64,000 nucleotides of DNA from Octopus vulgaris (Eukaryota). Position numbers and translations under genes: made by a program. A model generated the notes under the pieces. The model did no database searches, was not told the DNA's origin, and saw nothing but the letters and a program-made list of their open reading frames with translations. The first letter of the stretch is position 1. The number at the start of each line of letters is the position of its first letter. Shown here in pieces: positions 14,016-27,484 of this stretch. The DNA lies in NCBI GenBank assembly GCA_951406725.2, contig OX597816.1:50530001-50594000 (forward strand), written 5' to 3'.

Positions 14016-14017
<2 letters not shown>
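13655..14017 (-). mobile_element. tRNA-derived SINE family A
   Basis: Head GGCGCAGGAGTGGCTGTGTGGTAAG (A box), GGTTCAGTCC (B box), internal TA microsatellite, tail GGTGCTCCAGCATGGCCGCAGTCAAATGACTGAAACAAGTAAAAGAGTAAAAGAG; (TA)n on both sides. Confidence 0.9.
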
Positions 14018-14058
<41 letters not shown>

Positions 14059-14283
14059 ATTACTGTATCATAAAAAATAAAAGTAACAGGAGTAATGCAA
14101 TGCCAAGGCGACTGAGATCTTTCAGAATTGAAAGGAAATAAAACAAAAAAGCTCGCTACTCCATAGACGATTGTTCGTAATCTGAGAAGAGTTACACAAG
14201 TTTAAGAATGTAGTCAAGATTTGAATAAAACTATGTATCTAGCGCTTTCGTTTCTTTCAAGTATTCATTGTGGATTATTTCTA

Positions 14284-14686
14284 AGGCGGCGAGCTGGCAG
14301 AAACGTTAGAATGCCGGGCGAAATGCGTAGCCATATTTTGTCTGCCGTTACGTTCTCAGTTCAAATTCCACCGAGGTCGACTTTGCCTTTCATCCCTTCG
14401 GGGTCGATAAATTAAGTACCAGTTACGCACTGGGGTTGATGTAATCGACTTAATCCGTTTGTCTGCCCTTGTTTGTCCCCTCTAAGTTTAGCCCCTTGTG
14501 GGTAATAAAGAAATAGGTACTTCGTCTGTCTTTTCGTTACGTTCTGAGTTAAATTTCCGCTGAGATCGACTTTACCTTTCATCCTTTCTGGGTCGATAAA
14601 TTAAGTACCAGTTGCGTACTGGGGTCGGTCTAGTCGACTGGCCTCTCCCCCAAAATTTCGGACCTTTTGCCAATAGTAGAAAAGAT
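14284..14686 (+). mobile_element. SINE family B, dimeric
   Basis: Head GGCGGCGAGCTGGCAGAAACG; 184-nt module 14332-14515; second unit ends in the alternative CCCCCAAAATTTCG...TAGAAAAG tail. Confidence 0.88.
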
Positions 14687-15299
14687 TATAGAATATTTCT
14701 TATATAGAAAATTCATACTCTTTATATATGTGAGTTAGATTTTTAAATATAAAAAAATTAGGAGCTGAGTTTGTCTTCTTGAGTTTTGGAAAGAGGGTGT
14801 TTTGGGGGTTGTTATTGGAGATGTTTCTTGTTATTTTAAAATCTATATATGTGAATGTGTATATGTGTGTAAGCATGATTGGGTATAGTGAATATTTAAA
14901 CTAAGAAAAAGGAAGAAGAGAGAGAAGAGGAAAGAAACAAAGGAGTGTTTTTCTGGGATGATTGAAATTGATGGCAGGTCAAGTTCCTTTATCAATAGCA
15001 ACAAATTCCTTTTAGTTATTGCCTGACTGACTAAACTGCTTTGGTCAGTGGTCATGTTATCCAGCTATAACAAATTGAAACTATGGAATTGTTTCAGAAG
15101 GCTTTTAAATGTGTGTCTGTGTGCGCGCGTTTATGTGTCTGTGTTGAAGCCTATGCGTGTGAGAGTGTTTGTGTATTGAAGCTTATGCGTGTGAGAATTT
15201 GTGTGTTGATGCGTTCTGCGTTGGTTTTTAAGTGAATTTCTCCAGCTGCTTTAGTAGCAGTAACAAAAAACATTATTAATAATAAATATAATCAGTGGT

Positions 15300-15990
15300 A
15301 ATCTAATTTGGTTTTATCTGGGTAAGTAATTGTTTTTATAAAAGAATTTCTCCTTTTGTACAAATACATATTTCTCAACGTTTAACTGTGGTAGCAATTT
15401 TTTTTTATAAAATGTAGTTCCATTGCATTTTGGTATTTTGGATAATTTTTTTGGTATTTGTACAAAGCGAAGATCTTGAATCTGCTGTTTCCATATATTT
15501 CCAGATGGTTACTGAGAGTAATCTTACTTAATTCAGCTTCTAGCATGTGTTGTGCATGGACTCTTACACCATATTAAAGGCAATTGTTGGCTTCGCTAAT
15601 ATATATATTCTGATTGCAATATGGGCAGATCACGTAGAATATTGAATACTGTGTCTTCCAATTCATATTTGCATTGATTTGGAAGGAGTATCAACTTCTA
15701 AATTTTATACGGGAACAAATATCCAAATATTTGGAGTTGTTGTTAATGCATATTCCAGATATATTGCCTCCACAGACCTTCAGGAAGAATTCTAAATTAA
15801 GCACTCGTGTGTATTTTGCCCTTGTGAGATATTTAAAAAAAAATTTTGATCGACATTTGCTATTCCTCTACTAGATTTTCATTTCCGCATTTGAAAAATT
15901 ATTGGTAGTTTTGTTTTTATAATATCGAATATGTTTATCACAACTGGGTCATAATTATTGATAAACAGAATCGCATTTTCTCCATTGTTT
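15300..15990 (-). pseudogene. Penelope-like element GIY-YIG endonuclease remnant
   Basis: Manual minus-strand translation of 15678-15541: INANMNWKTQYSIFYVICPYCNQNIYISEANNCL*YGVRVHAQH, matching the PLE GIY-YIG pattern (IY.I.CP.C...YIGET...L...H). Cys-containing linker CGGNISGIC upstream. Boundaries approximate. Confidence 0.65.
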
Positions 15991-16583
15991 TCCTAGATGT
16001 CCTCAGTCATGCGATGTCTAGTTCCATTGCTTATATAGTTCCATTGTTTATTAATTCTAAGGGATAATTCCTTTTTTTACGAAGACTAAGTTCATTAAAT
16101 CTGATAATGGTACACAAGGCACATGCATCACAACGAAATGTACGCGACATGGTGATCTCATATGAAGATAAACAGCGCATGACCGTGCAGGTGGGGCCCA
16201 GTTAGAATTTTCTTCTGGTCGAGTAGCCCATCCCGCTCAAAAGTTTCCTGAATAAGGATTGTTTAAGGATGTTGAACGAACCACCCATGTTTCCAGAGGT
16301 GAATTATCGAAATCTCCAAGAATTTCTTTCAACACACGGCTATGATGTTCCGCACTAATTCTGCTTGTGATCAGAGATGCACATATCGCCAGCCACTAAG
16401 GTCAACTGGTTAAGGTCAAACAACTGACAAGCAAATCTGTGGTATTGAGCAGAATATTTGTTGTAGCCCATCTTTTATACCAAGACAAAACAATGTACAT
16501 GAAAATACTTCCAATCAGTTAAGATCAGTAGCCATGAAAGCCACTGTCTGGTACTGCATCAAGGCATTTATAATAATAATAAC

Positions 16584-16640
<57 letters not shown>

Positions 16641-16641
<1 letters not shown>

Positions 16642-16932
16642 TGGAAATAGAGGTAACCAGAATGTGGAATCTAAAAACAGAAACAATTCCTATCATAGTA
16701 GGTGCATTAGGCATGATAAAAAAATATTCAGACAAATACATAACAAAAACACCAGGACTTACAAACACATATAACATACAGAAAATTGCACTACTAGGCA
16801 CTGCACACATCCTACGCAGAAAACTTTCCATACAATAACCATCAGAGCATCACAACAAATCACATCACATACTCAAGGCACACAGAGCTGCGCTCGATAG
16901 TGAAGTGAAAGCACACTATAAAAATAAAACTA

Positions 16933-16936
<4 letters not shown>
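16641..16936 (+). mobile_element. 3' end of a Dong/R4-clade (RLE-type) LINE embedded in (TAA)n
   Basis: ORF EIEVTRMW...IPIIVGALG...IQKIALLGTAHILRR is the C-terminus of the restriction-like endonuclease domain; short 3' UTR; (TAA)n at 16570-16640 and 16937-16995. Confidence 0.85.
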
Positions 16937-16995
<59 letters not shown>

Positions 16996-17006
16996 TATTG
17001 TTATTG

Positions 17007-17051
<45 letters not shown>

Positions 17052-18038
17052 TATTTTTTTCTTGATGTTATAATTATCATATTCCAAATAACAGTTACAC
17101 ATATCCTACACACTTCATAATATTACTACTGCTTCGGTTTTGACAAACGTAAGATAAAAGTATAGATTCATAACGACATATAATGAACACCAACGACGAC
17201 AACGATGATGATAACGATACAGAAATTTAACAGAAATAAATAAAAAGACTAATTCAGTTAGATTGCCGTGGAGATTTATTGCTTTCCTTTCATTCTTTTC
17301 TTAAATTCATGACAATGAGACGCTATAATTTGTAAATAGCACCGCAATGATCGATTCAACTGTTTTGGTTATAAGAAAAGGAATAAGAACGAATAAAGCG
17401 ACGCATGTCATTTATAGTATTAGTAGCGTTGTAGCAACAGAAGCAGTAGTGTTTATACGTGCCTACTGTTTTGCATGACAATCGTATAATAACTACACAG
17501 GGAACTCACTATTGACGTATATATTATTATTGATTTTTTTAATATATTAAATGGGTTTTTTTTGTCTAATTTTGTTCTGTCCTGAGTTTATTACGTCATA
17601 TTATGTTGTTGTACATAGTATACAATGAACGATGATATAACGGCTTAAAGTACAAACAAGACTTTAGCTTTAAAAAAAAAAGGCAATGATTCATTTCTTT
17701 CGGATATCCTGGTTGTACTCCCAAGGAAGTAGTTCTTAAGCGTTGCACCGCATGTGGCATCCGCCCAGTGAATTGTTTTAAAACTAATTGAAAGTTTTAG
17801 AAAAAACAAACAGCAATAATTAGCTTGCGCATCTTGAAAAACAAGTTATTCATTATGTTGTTATACAAGAATTGTTATTAAAACGACGAAAAGAAGTGGT
17901 ATTTTCTCAATATTTAAATAATAATAAACGATTTAACATTTAATGCAAAGAACACCAAATAAATTTGGTTTGATCAATCCCATGTTAAAACTTCAAAGAC
18001 AAGTAATCCTTTCTTCTAAAGGTACAAGGCCTGATATT

Positions 18039-18184
18039 TGTGGTAAGTAGCTTGCTTACAAACCACATGGTTCCGGATTCAGTCCCACTGCGTGGCACCT
18101 TGGGCAAGTGTCTTCTATTGTAGCCTCGGGCCGACCAAAGCCTTGTGAGTGAATTTGGTAGATGGAAACTGAAAGAAGCCCATC

Positions 18185-18254
<70 letters not shown>

Positions 18255-18461
18255 TTATGTGTCTGTGTTTGTCCCTCCGACAACGCTTGACAATCGATGC
18301 TGGTATGTTTACGTCACCGTAACCTAGTGGTTCGGCACAAGAGACCGATAGAATAAGTACTAGACTTACAAAGAATAAGTTCTGGGGTCGATTTGCTCGA
18401 CTAAAGGCAGTGCTCCAGCATGGCCACAGTCACATGACTGAAACAAGTAAAGAGTAAAGAG
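18039..18461 (+). mobile_element. SINE family A
   Basis: Same head (slightly 5'-clipped), body, internal (TA)n(TG)n and tail as 13655-14017. Confidence 0.9.
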
Positions 18462-18825
18462 AAAGTATATCATACGAATGAGTAAATCATTTCTGTCAAC
18501 TCGATGAGGTAACAGGCATTTCAGAAAATAACAAGAGCATCCTGTTATTGAAATTCCAAAACGAATATGATATAAAACCAACCGTTTCAACCAAAGGTTG
18601 TAATTTGAAAACTTACGAAGATAATATATTCTTCCGATTTCTGTTGATGGTAAACTTAATGCATTACTTCATTTAACACTTTTACACCGGAAAATTTGGT
18701 GACTTTAGCAGATTCTGATCTGACGCCACATTGCCGATGACATCCTAAAACTTGTACCAGTCTCGAAGGCCTTGTAATGTGATAAGGGTGTTCTGTTCTC
18801 CCTTACACTCTTTTTCTTTTCTCCT

Positions 18826-19023
18826 TCTTTTACTTGTTTCAGTCATTTTGACTGCGGCCATGCTGGAGCATCGCCTTCAATCGAGCAAATCGATCCCAGG
18901 ACTTATTCTTTGAAGGCCTAGTACTTATTCTGTCGGTGTGTTTACGGAGACATAAACACACCAGCATCGGTTGTCAAGCGATGTTGGGGAGACTCACACA
19001 CAAAAAAATATACACACACATGC

Positions 19024-19054
<31 letters not shown>

Positions 19055-19223
19055 CATATACGACGGGATTCTTTCAGTTTCCGTCTACCATATCAACTCA
19101 CAGGCCTTTGGTCGGACCGAGGTTATAGTAGAAGACACTTGCCCAAGGTGCCACGCAATGGGACTGAATCCGGAACCATGTGCTTGGTAAGCAAGCTACT
19201 TACCACTCAACCAACCCTGCCCC
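18826..19223 (-). mobile_element. SINE family A
   Basis: Family A head and tail; small internal deletion. Confidence 0.88.
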
Positions 19224-19785
19224 TAAAATATAAAATAACATACTACTCAATTGAATCGTAGTATGTACTCCAGAGATTTCAGTGGTTCTTCTGCAATCAC
19301 TTAATAACGGGAAATAAACCATAATTAACCAGTACAACTAAGTACATCATGATAAAAAGAAATTATGGCATTTCTTAAATAGCGAGTCAAATGATTATAA
19401 AAAATATGTGCTCTTTAAAAAAAATCAGGTTAAGTCTTTAAAATGTGATATATTACATACTGTAGTCTAAGAAATGCAATGTTTGAATTTAGCTCTTGTT
19501 GGCAGAGCTAAACTGGAGTAAAACAGCAGCAGAGTTCAATAACTAGGTGCAAGATAGGGTACCATAATATAAAGTTACCCGAATGTTCCACAAATAAGGC
19601 CTTTCAATTTTAAGATGGGACGGACTATAATCGACATTTCTGAACATAGGCCTGCTTAATTAGGATTGACCTTGCATTTAATAAAAAGAATATTGGCAAG
19701 AGAGCAAGTAGTACAATTAGTGTATATATAATGACTCCAATTAGGATGAAAAACAAATTAGTGAAGTTAGTCACAAATACTTTCA

Positions 19786-19925
19786 CACACACAAACGCAC
19801 GCATACACATATACACAAATACACAAACACACACACAAACGCACGCATACACATATACACAAATACACAAACACACACACAAACGCACGCATACAGATAT
19901 ACACAAATACACACACACTCGCATA
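19786..19925. repeat. About 3 x 44-bp CA-rich higher-order tandem repeat
   Basis: ACAAACGCACGCATACACATATACACAAATACACAAACACACAC repeated. Confidence 0.75.
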
Positions 19926-20349
19926 GACATATATAAAAAATATGCGTACACACATACATATTGTGTATATGCGTAAGTGTGTGCGTATAAGTGTATGTGT
20001 GTGACTGTATGTGCTTGTTTGTGTCTACTGCCAAATGAGAAATCAATGCAAAATTCTGTCAACTTGCTCTAAAATATAACATTGTTAAAACACTTGCAAA
20101 GAGCATTTCTGGAATAACAATAAAAATATGGCACTGTCTGGTTTGTTCTCATCTGATTCATTGTTTTCTCTTGTGTATATTAATCAATATGGACGCAACC
20201 ATTGAAAAATAGTTAAGGAGCGTGTATTTCAATGAAGAGGAGCAGGTTTCTATTGCGCTACGTTACATAGCGAGCAAGTATTATATTAGAGTAAACACTA
20301 CTCTCGTAGCCGTGTCACAAACTCACAATATATGTATATGTACATACCT

Positions 20350-20392
<43 letters not shown>

Positions 20393-20417
20393 GGTATGTA
20401 TATATACATGCATATAT

Positions 20418-20597
20418 TGTTACAGGACATAAAAAGAACTCTGAGCACAATGAGAAACGAAAACATGAAAACAAATACATAGAAACGAACTTTTTTCAAA
20501 CAACGAAAAAACAGAGTACAAGACTTACAACACAAGGAATATTCCCCTTCTTCAATTGTCCCCGTTTCATCTACTCCGCATTCCGAAGGTAAGGACA
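20418..20597. repeat. Unclassified dispersed repeat (paralog of 62550-62716)
   Basis: TACAGGACAT.AAAA...ACATAGAAA.CGAACT...ATTCCC.T...TCTACTC shared with 62550-62716; both adjoin TA-rich repeats. Confidence 0.55.
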
Positions 20598-20970
20598 TAT
20601 ATATATATATATATATATATCCATATATGCAAACAAAATATGCAAATATCTGGTAATGTAAAAGAAAATTAAGTTTCTATAGGGCTATCGGAACAATTTC
20701 ATATGCATAACAGTTCATGGAGATTTTTTTCTTTTAATTTGTTTAACCCATCACGGTTAACTGATGCAGAGAAGAAGTAAGATCTTTAGAGTTTAGCGCA
20801 AAATGATTCTTTCTGGAAACACTAATTACTGAATCTACATAATTATTGATTCATACTTTTAGGCCAAAACCACTAGCCTTCTGCACAGTGTTATGTTTTA
20901 AAATGTGAAGGACTAGTACAATATTCATATTTATTTTTATCGATTCGGTAAGTATTGATGATTAGATAGC

Positions 20971-21291
20971 CTTTTATTATTTTACTTGTTACAGTTAGGT
21001 GACTTCGGCCATGCTGTAGCACCACCTAGAATGTTTTTAATCGAACAAATAGCGTCCAGGACTTTGTAATTATTCTATCGGCCTATTTTGCCGAACCGCT
21101 AATTTACCGCGGACGTAAACCCACCAACACTGGTTGTCAAGTTTCCGTCAACCAAATACACTCACGTGGCTTTAGTCACCGTGAGGCTGTAACAAAAGAC
21201 ACTTGCCCAAGGTGCCATGCATTTGGACTGAACATGGCCGGCACCATGTGCTTGAGAAGTAAGCTTCTCACAACACAGTTACACCTGCACC
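20971..21291 (-). mobile_element. SINE family A, diverged, lacking the internal microsatellite
   Basis: GGCCATGCTGTAGCACC, GACACTTGCCCAAGGTGCCA and head remnants. Confidence 0.75.
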
Positions 21292-21928
21292 AGATGTACT
21301 GTAAGAGGGCCGTCTAGCCGTTGGCAGTACCAGCAGACCAGTGAATTCATGATAATTTCCCTCGTTCCGTATTGGACAACCTGTTTACTAGAAACAGCAG
21401 CCAACCGACCTTACAGCATATAATTAGAGACGCGCCGGCCAGTTGCTGATCTAGTTTAAAATTTCAGAATGAGATCTCTGTAGTAACGGTACTGGATATT
21501 AAAGTGTATTTGCCAACAGTGATATAAAACTAGCTCTTTTTCTCCTTATGAGATCAGCGACTGACAGTCACTTCGATAAGTATATATTGTGAGTAAGGTC
21601 GGATAGCTGGTGTCTCAAGCCAGACGCTTGTCCAGTACCGAAAAAATGGAAATTACCCAGAAATTTTGGTCTGCTGGTAGTGCCAACGGGTAGAATAGTT
21701 CGGCAAAAGGGGCCGATAGAATAAATGCAACGCATAAAACAAGTAAGTCCTTTTTTAGGTGGTGCTACAGCATGGCCGCAGTAGTAGTAAGCCGCCTTAC
21801 TTACAGTATATATTGGACACAGACCATGTGTCATTAACTCAGCTGGGAAAGCTGGTTTCCCGGGGTTAAAAAGTAGTAACACAATCGTATGTAGGGCGAT
21901 CATGCTATGTTGACAAATAAAATTTAAG

Positions 21929-21963
<35 letters not shown>

Positions 21964-21998
21964 TACACACACACACACACACATATAATATATGTGTA

Positions 21999-22038
<40 letters not shown>

Positions 22039-23408
22039 GCGTGTGCGCGTCAGGGAGTGCGTGAAAGAGAAAAAGAAGGAGCAGGAGAAATATTCCACCA
22101 GTTTAATTTGAACGTAAACGCAACGAAGGAAACTTTATGAAATTATTCTATAAACCATAAATGTATTCTAAGACTTCAACTCTTTCATTGTCAGTAGGTT
22201 CTATAACATAATGCATTCCGATGCCTTAAGATTAAACACAACCGATGAACATCTGAGTGGGATGCATAACATAGAGTTCGTAATTCTTGCAATTTGCCAG
22301 AACATTTGCAGGTGAGATGGAATTGTGTAATCGGGAGATCAAAACCATGTCAATATCTTGGTTGGCAACATGATTATATCTAACACAAGTCACATGTAGT
22401 TCTTGTTTTCTTTCCTACTTAGCAACGTGTTTGAATGCGGTGGTGGATTTGTATATTATGTTGCATGTGTGAATGTGCATATCAGTGTTGTGTGTAATGT
22501 GTGTACCTGCTCTATTTCCCAGTCTGCCGGTTCTACTGTGAGAAAACTTGATTTAGAAATATTACTGACCTTTTCAACATCATGTACTTTATCTCAATTA
22601 ATAACTCACAAACATTCACCGCAAATAAGTAATAAACATCCAGGCTGGATATGCAATTCAAAATATCTCTCAGTGATGATCAAATTATCGATCGCTTCTC
22701 ATATATTCAACACATATGTGTCTGTGTATGTGTGTGTTTGTATGTCTTTGTGTGAGTGCATGCGTGCTTGTATGTGTTCATGTGCGTGTGTACATTTGCG
22801 TGTGTGTGTACGTGGGCACTTTTGTATGCTCACAAACGCGAGTATATGTACGTGTGTATGTGTGAAAGAGAAAGACAGAGACAGAGAGAAAGAGCGAGAA
22901 AAAGACAGTGTGTAGGTCTGCCTTTGTAACATAATGCCGATTAACAGCCATTGCTATGACCCGTTAATAATGAGATCATATTAAGGAATGCAAATGCAAG
23001 GAGAATAATAATATTGATTTCTAGCATAGACCCATGTCATCAAATATGGGGATAAGTATAAGCACTAGATCGAACACATTACTCACACGGTTCAACTTGT
23101 TTCACTGACACCAAAGAGATGAAAGGAATTTTGAAATCCTGCAAGAATTAGTCTAAAGCTATACTGCTGATTGCAGATTGCTGATTGCAACCGCCCTCTT
23201 GTATACAATAACACGGAGGCATAATAATGTAAAATGTTAGAAGATTATGTAAATGTCATTTTACGTTTTCATTTTGTATTAGAGGATACGTTGTTTCAGT
23301 TTCTAGACAAAGAAATAACATAATAAAAATCTCCCAGTCACTTACTTTTTCTCTTTCACTTCGGTCACCTTTTCTCTGTGCACGGAAATCCATTTATCAA
23401 TCAATCAG

Positions 23409-23490
<82 letters not shown>

Positions 23491-23563
23491 CATCTATCTA
23501 TCTACCTACACACCCATATATATATATATGTATAAGATTATATTATATATATATATATATTTA

Positions 23564-23651
23564 TAAATGTAATATGTGACGGTTATTCGGTAGCCATGAT
23601 GAAACTCGAGTTTTATCATGGCTACCGAATAATTGTCACATATTACATTTA
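23564..23651. repeat. 88-bp loopless palindrome
   Basis: 44-bp arms centred on CTC|GAG (23607/23608), 3 mismatches. Confidence 0.92.
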
Positions 23652-23779
23652 CAGATAAATTCCTCTATTTACATAATATCGAGGTATCTTTCTTTCTTTT
23701 GCTGTCTTATCATTTCTATCAATATATATTTATTTATATATAGTATACATATATATGCATATGTATATACACATATACA

Positions 23780-23820
<41 letters not shown>

Positions 23821-24436
23821 TTATATATATATATATGTGTGTCTACACACATATTCCTTTTACAGAGGCATATATGCGTATACACGCACAAATACAAACA
23901 CAAGCCCACGATCAAATCATATTTAGTGAGAAAATACTACACTATCCTCCGAAATCGTCAGAAACGGTAAATGTACCTAATAGACAGAAAAATTCACAAA
24001 TGAGAAAAATTATCATTCGTTAGCTATAATGTTAAAGATTCTGGATGTTCAATTGTCTTCCAATATAAGATTTAGCCTAATGGTCTCTATACCAATTGGG
24101 TACGATGTTTAGGCAATTTATCCTATAGAAATGACACAAAGAAGTAAAACATAGATGTATCAATGTGATTGGATAGATGAAAGTAACAACAAAAGGAGTT
24201 GATGTATATTTGAGGTTAATGACTGGGACAGGGAAACGTAAGACTTCTTACATTGAAATAAATCATTTGTAATTTGTAGATAAAGTAAAACATTATTCAA
24301 TTGCTATATAAATAAAACCAACGAAAACAATAGGATACAACAGTTCAACAATTGCCATGCGAAATGAACTAAGAAAACGTACGAAAACGTCATGTATGAT
24401 GTTCTCAGACGAATAATATAGAGTGAAGTTTATATA

Positions 24437-24614
24437 GGCGCAGGAGTAGCTGTGTGGTAAGTAGCTTGCTTACGAACCACATGGCTCCGGGTTCAGTCCC
24501 ACTGCGTGGTACCTTGGGCAAGTATCTTCTACTCTAGCCTCGGGCCGACCAAAACTTTGTGAGTGGATTTGGTAGACGGAAACTGAAAGAAGCCCGTCGT
24601 ATATGTATGTATAA

Positions 24615-24678
<64 letters not shown>

Positions 24679-24871
24679 TTTGTGTGTGCATTTGTGTGTG
24701 TGTTTGTGTTTGTGTGTCTGTCTTTGTTCCCCAACATCGCTTGACAACCGATGCTGGTGTGTTTACTAGGCTTACAAAGCATAAGTCCTGCGGTCGATTT
24801 GCTCGACTAAAACGGCAGTGCTCCAACATGGCCACAGTCAAATGACTGAAGGAAGTAAAAGAGTAAAAGAG
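24437..24871 (+). mobile_element. SINE family A
   Basis: Full head, internal microsatellite and tail; TATA on both flanks. Confidence 0.9.
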
Positions 24872-25489
24872 TATACATCGTAATCTGAAAGCTAAAAGAG
24901 ATATTTGTGTGACTTGATGATAGGTAGGACGTGGTAGACTGGGAATCGGTAGATATAGAACTGTTAAAAAGAGACGACATGAGAGAGGAGTAGGGGAAAA
25001 GCATAAACATAGGGAAGAAAGAATGAGAGGAAGAGAATGGAAGTGCATCTCAGCAGTTGGGAGTGTTTGGAGCTTATCTGCGAGCATTGAAATTCTGGCC
25101 TGTTTAGGTTGTTTGTTGAGAAGTTGAAGATTGGCATATCCTATTGTAACGTTCTTTCGAAGTAAGCAGACATGGAGTCAGTGCGTCTGTAACGTAGAGT
25201 GTTAAGGTTGCGAGTGCATGACGCATGATTAAAGAAATTTAAGGTAGAATAAGGGTAGTATCATCTATGAAATTTGGGTGTTATAGGACATGTAGAAAGA
25301 AGTAGCCCAGTGGAAAGTCTCCATCTGCTCGTGACAGTATTTTATCCTAAAAATTATAGCGAAAGTATGCTGTCTAACTGAATTCGTCTGAAAATGGCGG
25401 CTGCCTTTATAGAATGTTCGTAAGAAAGACGAAGTGAGGTACGCACACAGAAAAACTAATTAAGCTTCCAGAAAACTATTTGAAATTGA

Positions 25490-25534
<45 letters not shown>

Positions 25535-25538
<4 letters not shown>

Positions 25539-25628
25539 TAATCCAAACATGAAAACACAAAGAGAAAACACAACGCGCGAACATGGAGCAAGTATAGTGT
25601 TATTGGACGCTCAGGAAAGGAAAGAATA
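25535..25628 (-). mobile_element. Short copy of the 29286-29490 Penelope-like repeat, embedded in (TA)n
   Basis: AGTTAATC.AAACATGAA...CAAGTATAGTGTTATTGGACGC..GGAAAGGAAAGAA shared with 29286-29377. Confidence 0.6.
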
Positions 25629-25629
25629 C

Positions 25630-25697
<68 letters not shown>

Positions 25698-26531
25698 GTA
25701 TGTATATATATATAAATATATATATTTATATAAGTATTCACGTAATAACCTTAGAGAAGATTATGATTTTATTACCATGTCTGAGTTAATGATGGTAGCA
25801 GTTGGGTAGGAAAAATTGACACAAAACCATTTCACATTTCATAAAGAAAATGAAAGTCACTGACAAAAAGATGTGAATTTATATAAATCCATTACCGTAC
25901 TGTCTTCAGAAAGTACTATAATATTTCAAAGAATAAAATTAACGTAAATATCTGAATGACAGGCAATTTCATTAGAATTCTAAATCATAGCAACTCATGT
26001 TTGCAATGCAATGTGCATTTTTGTGGCAAATATGCATTTTTGTCGAAAGCCATTTCACTTCGGTTAAGCTATTAATGCCCTTAGTAAAGATATGGGCTTT
26101 GCAACATCTTACCATTACGTTGCATGCAACACACTGCAATTATTGAATCATTCATACTAAAATATAATTAAATCAACGTTTCAAAAATATGAAATTTGTT
26201 TTACAGGAAATTAGTGAATATTTTGCATTCAATAGGCAATAACAGAAAGAAGAAGACAACGCTGCAGGGACAGGCTTTAGAGAACACTATATTAGCTTAA
26301 TGCTTCAAAAGAAGTGTTTTAACTATTTGAGGGTAATAAATCGTCAGAAAAATGAGAGAAATATATGAGGGGAGTGAGATTGAGAAAAGTTGTTAGAAAA
26401 AAAAGAAAAACGGGTCAAGGTTTAAAAACCGAATGGGAACGTTAAAAAGAAAGGAGAAGATTGTATTCATTTTAAGAAATGCGCATATGGTGTGGTTATG
26501 TGTGTACTTTTAGAAAAGTGTATATATATAT

Positions 26532-26616
<85 letters not shown>

Positions 26617-27135
26617 GTGTGGTATTATAGTGGCGTACGGTAATGGAATCTGAGGAGATGCTGATTATGTAAGCGTTCAATATGAAGTGTGTATGTGTGT
26701 GAATGTGTGTGTATGTGTGTGAACGTGAGTGTGTGTTTGTGTATGTGTGTGAATGTGTGTGTATGTGTGTGAACGTGAGTGTGTGTTTGTGTTAGTGTGT
26801 GTGTGATAGTACCCATATTCAGTGACGAAATAAAATGTCGGGGAAATATACTATAAAGACATATCGGATGTTGATACAAGAAACATAGTTCAATAATATA
26901 AGTCATTTCTTAGGTATCTAAAATCTGGATAAAATCCGAAGCTGAGCGTTTGCCGGTAAACTTAAAACTCAAGATTCCAGTATCCTACCGTTCTGTATTT
27001 TAGAGACTCACCCCTAATATCTAAATCCATACCTGTTTCAAAATATTATTATCAGATATACACTGCTGCAGATTCGATTGTCATCGCAATTGTCAGTGAA
27101 GTAGAGCATGTTGACAATTGTATGAATAATCAATA

Positions 27136-27340
27136 GCATAGGGGTTGCTGTGTGGTAAGTAGCTAGGCGTAGGAGTGACTGTGTGGTAAGTAGCTTGCTT
27201 ACGAACCACATGGTTCCGGGTTCAGTCCCACTGCATGGCACATTGGGCAAGTGTCTTCTACTATAGCCTCGGGCCAGCCAAAACATTGTGAGTGGATTTG
27301 GTAGACGGAAACTGAAAGAAGCCTGCCGTATATATGTATG

Positions 27341-27377
<37 letters not shown>

Positions 27378-27381
27378 GCAC

Positions 27382-27415
<34 letters not shown>

Positions 27416-27416
27416 G

Positions 27417-27484
<68 letters not shown>

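Noticed and set aside
24470-25087. Recurrent ORFs with [14 protein letters not shown]...[17 protein letters not shown], resembling a gene family
   Set aside because: Antisense translations of SINE-A copies; frames and stops vary between copies.
24880-25400. Purine-skewed segment that may be an old Penelope RT remnant
   Set aside because: Motif matches are too weak to call by eye.
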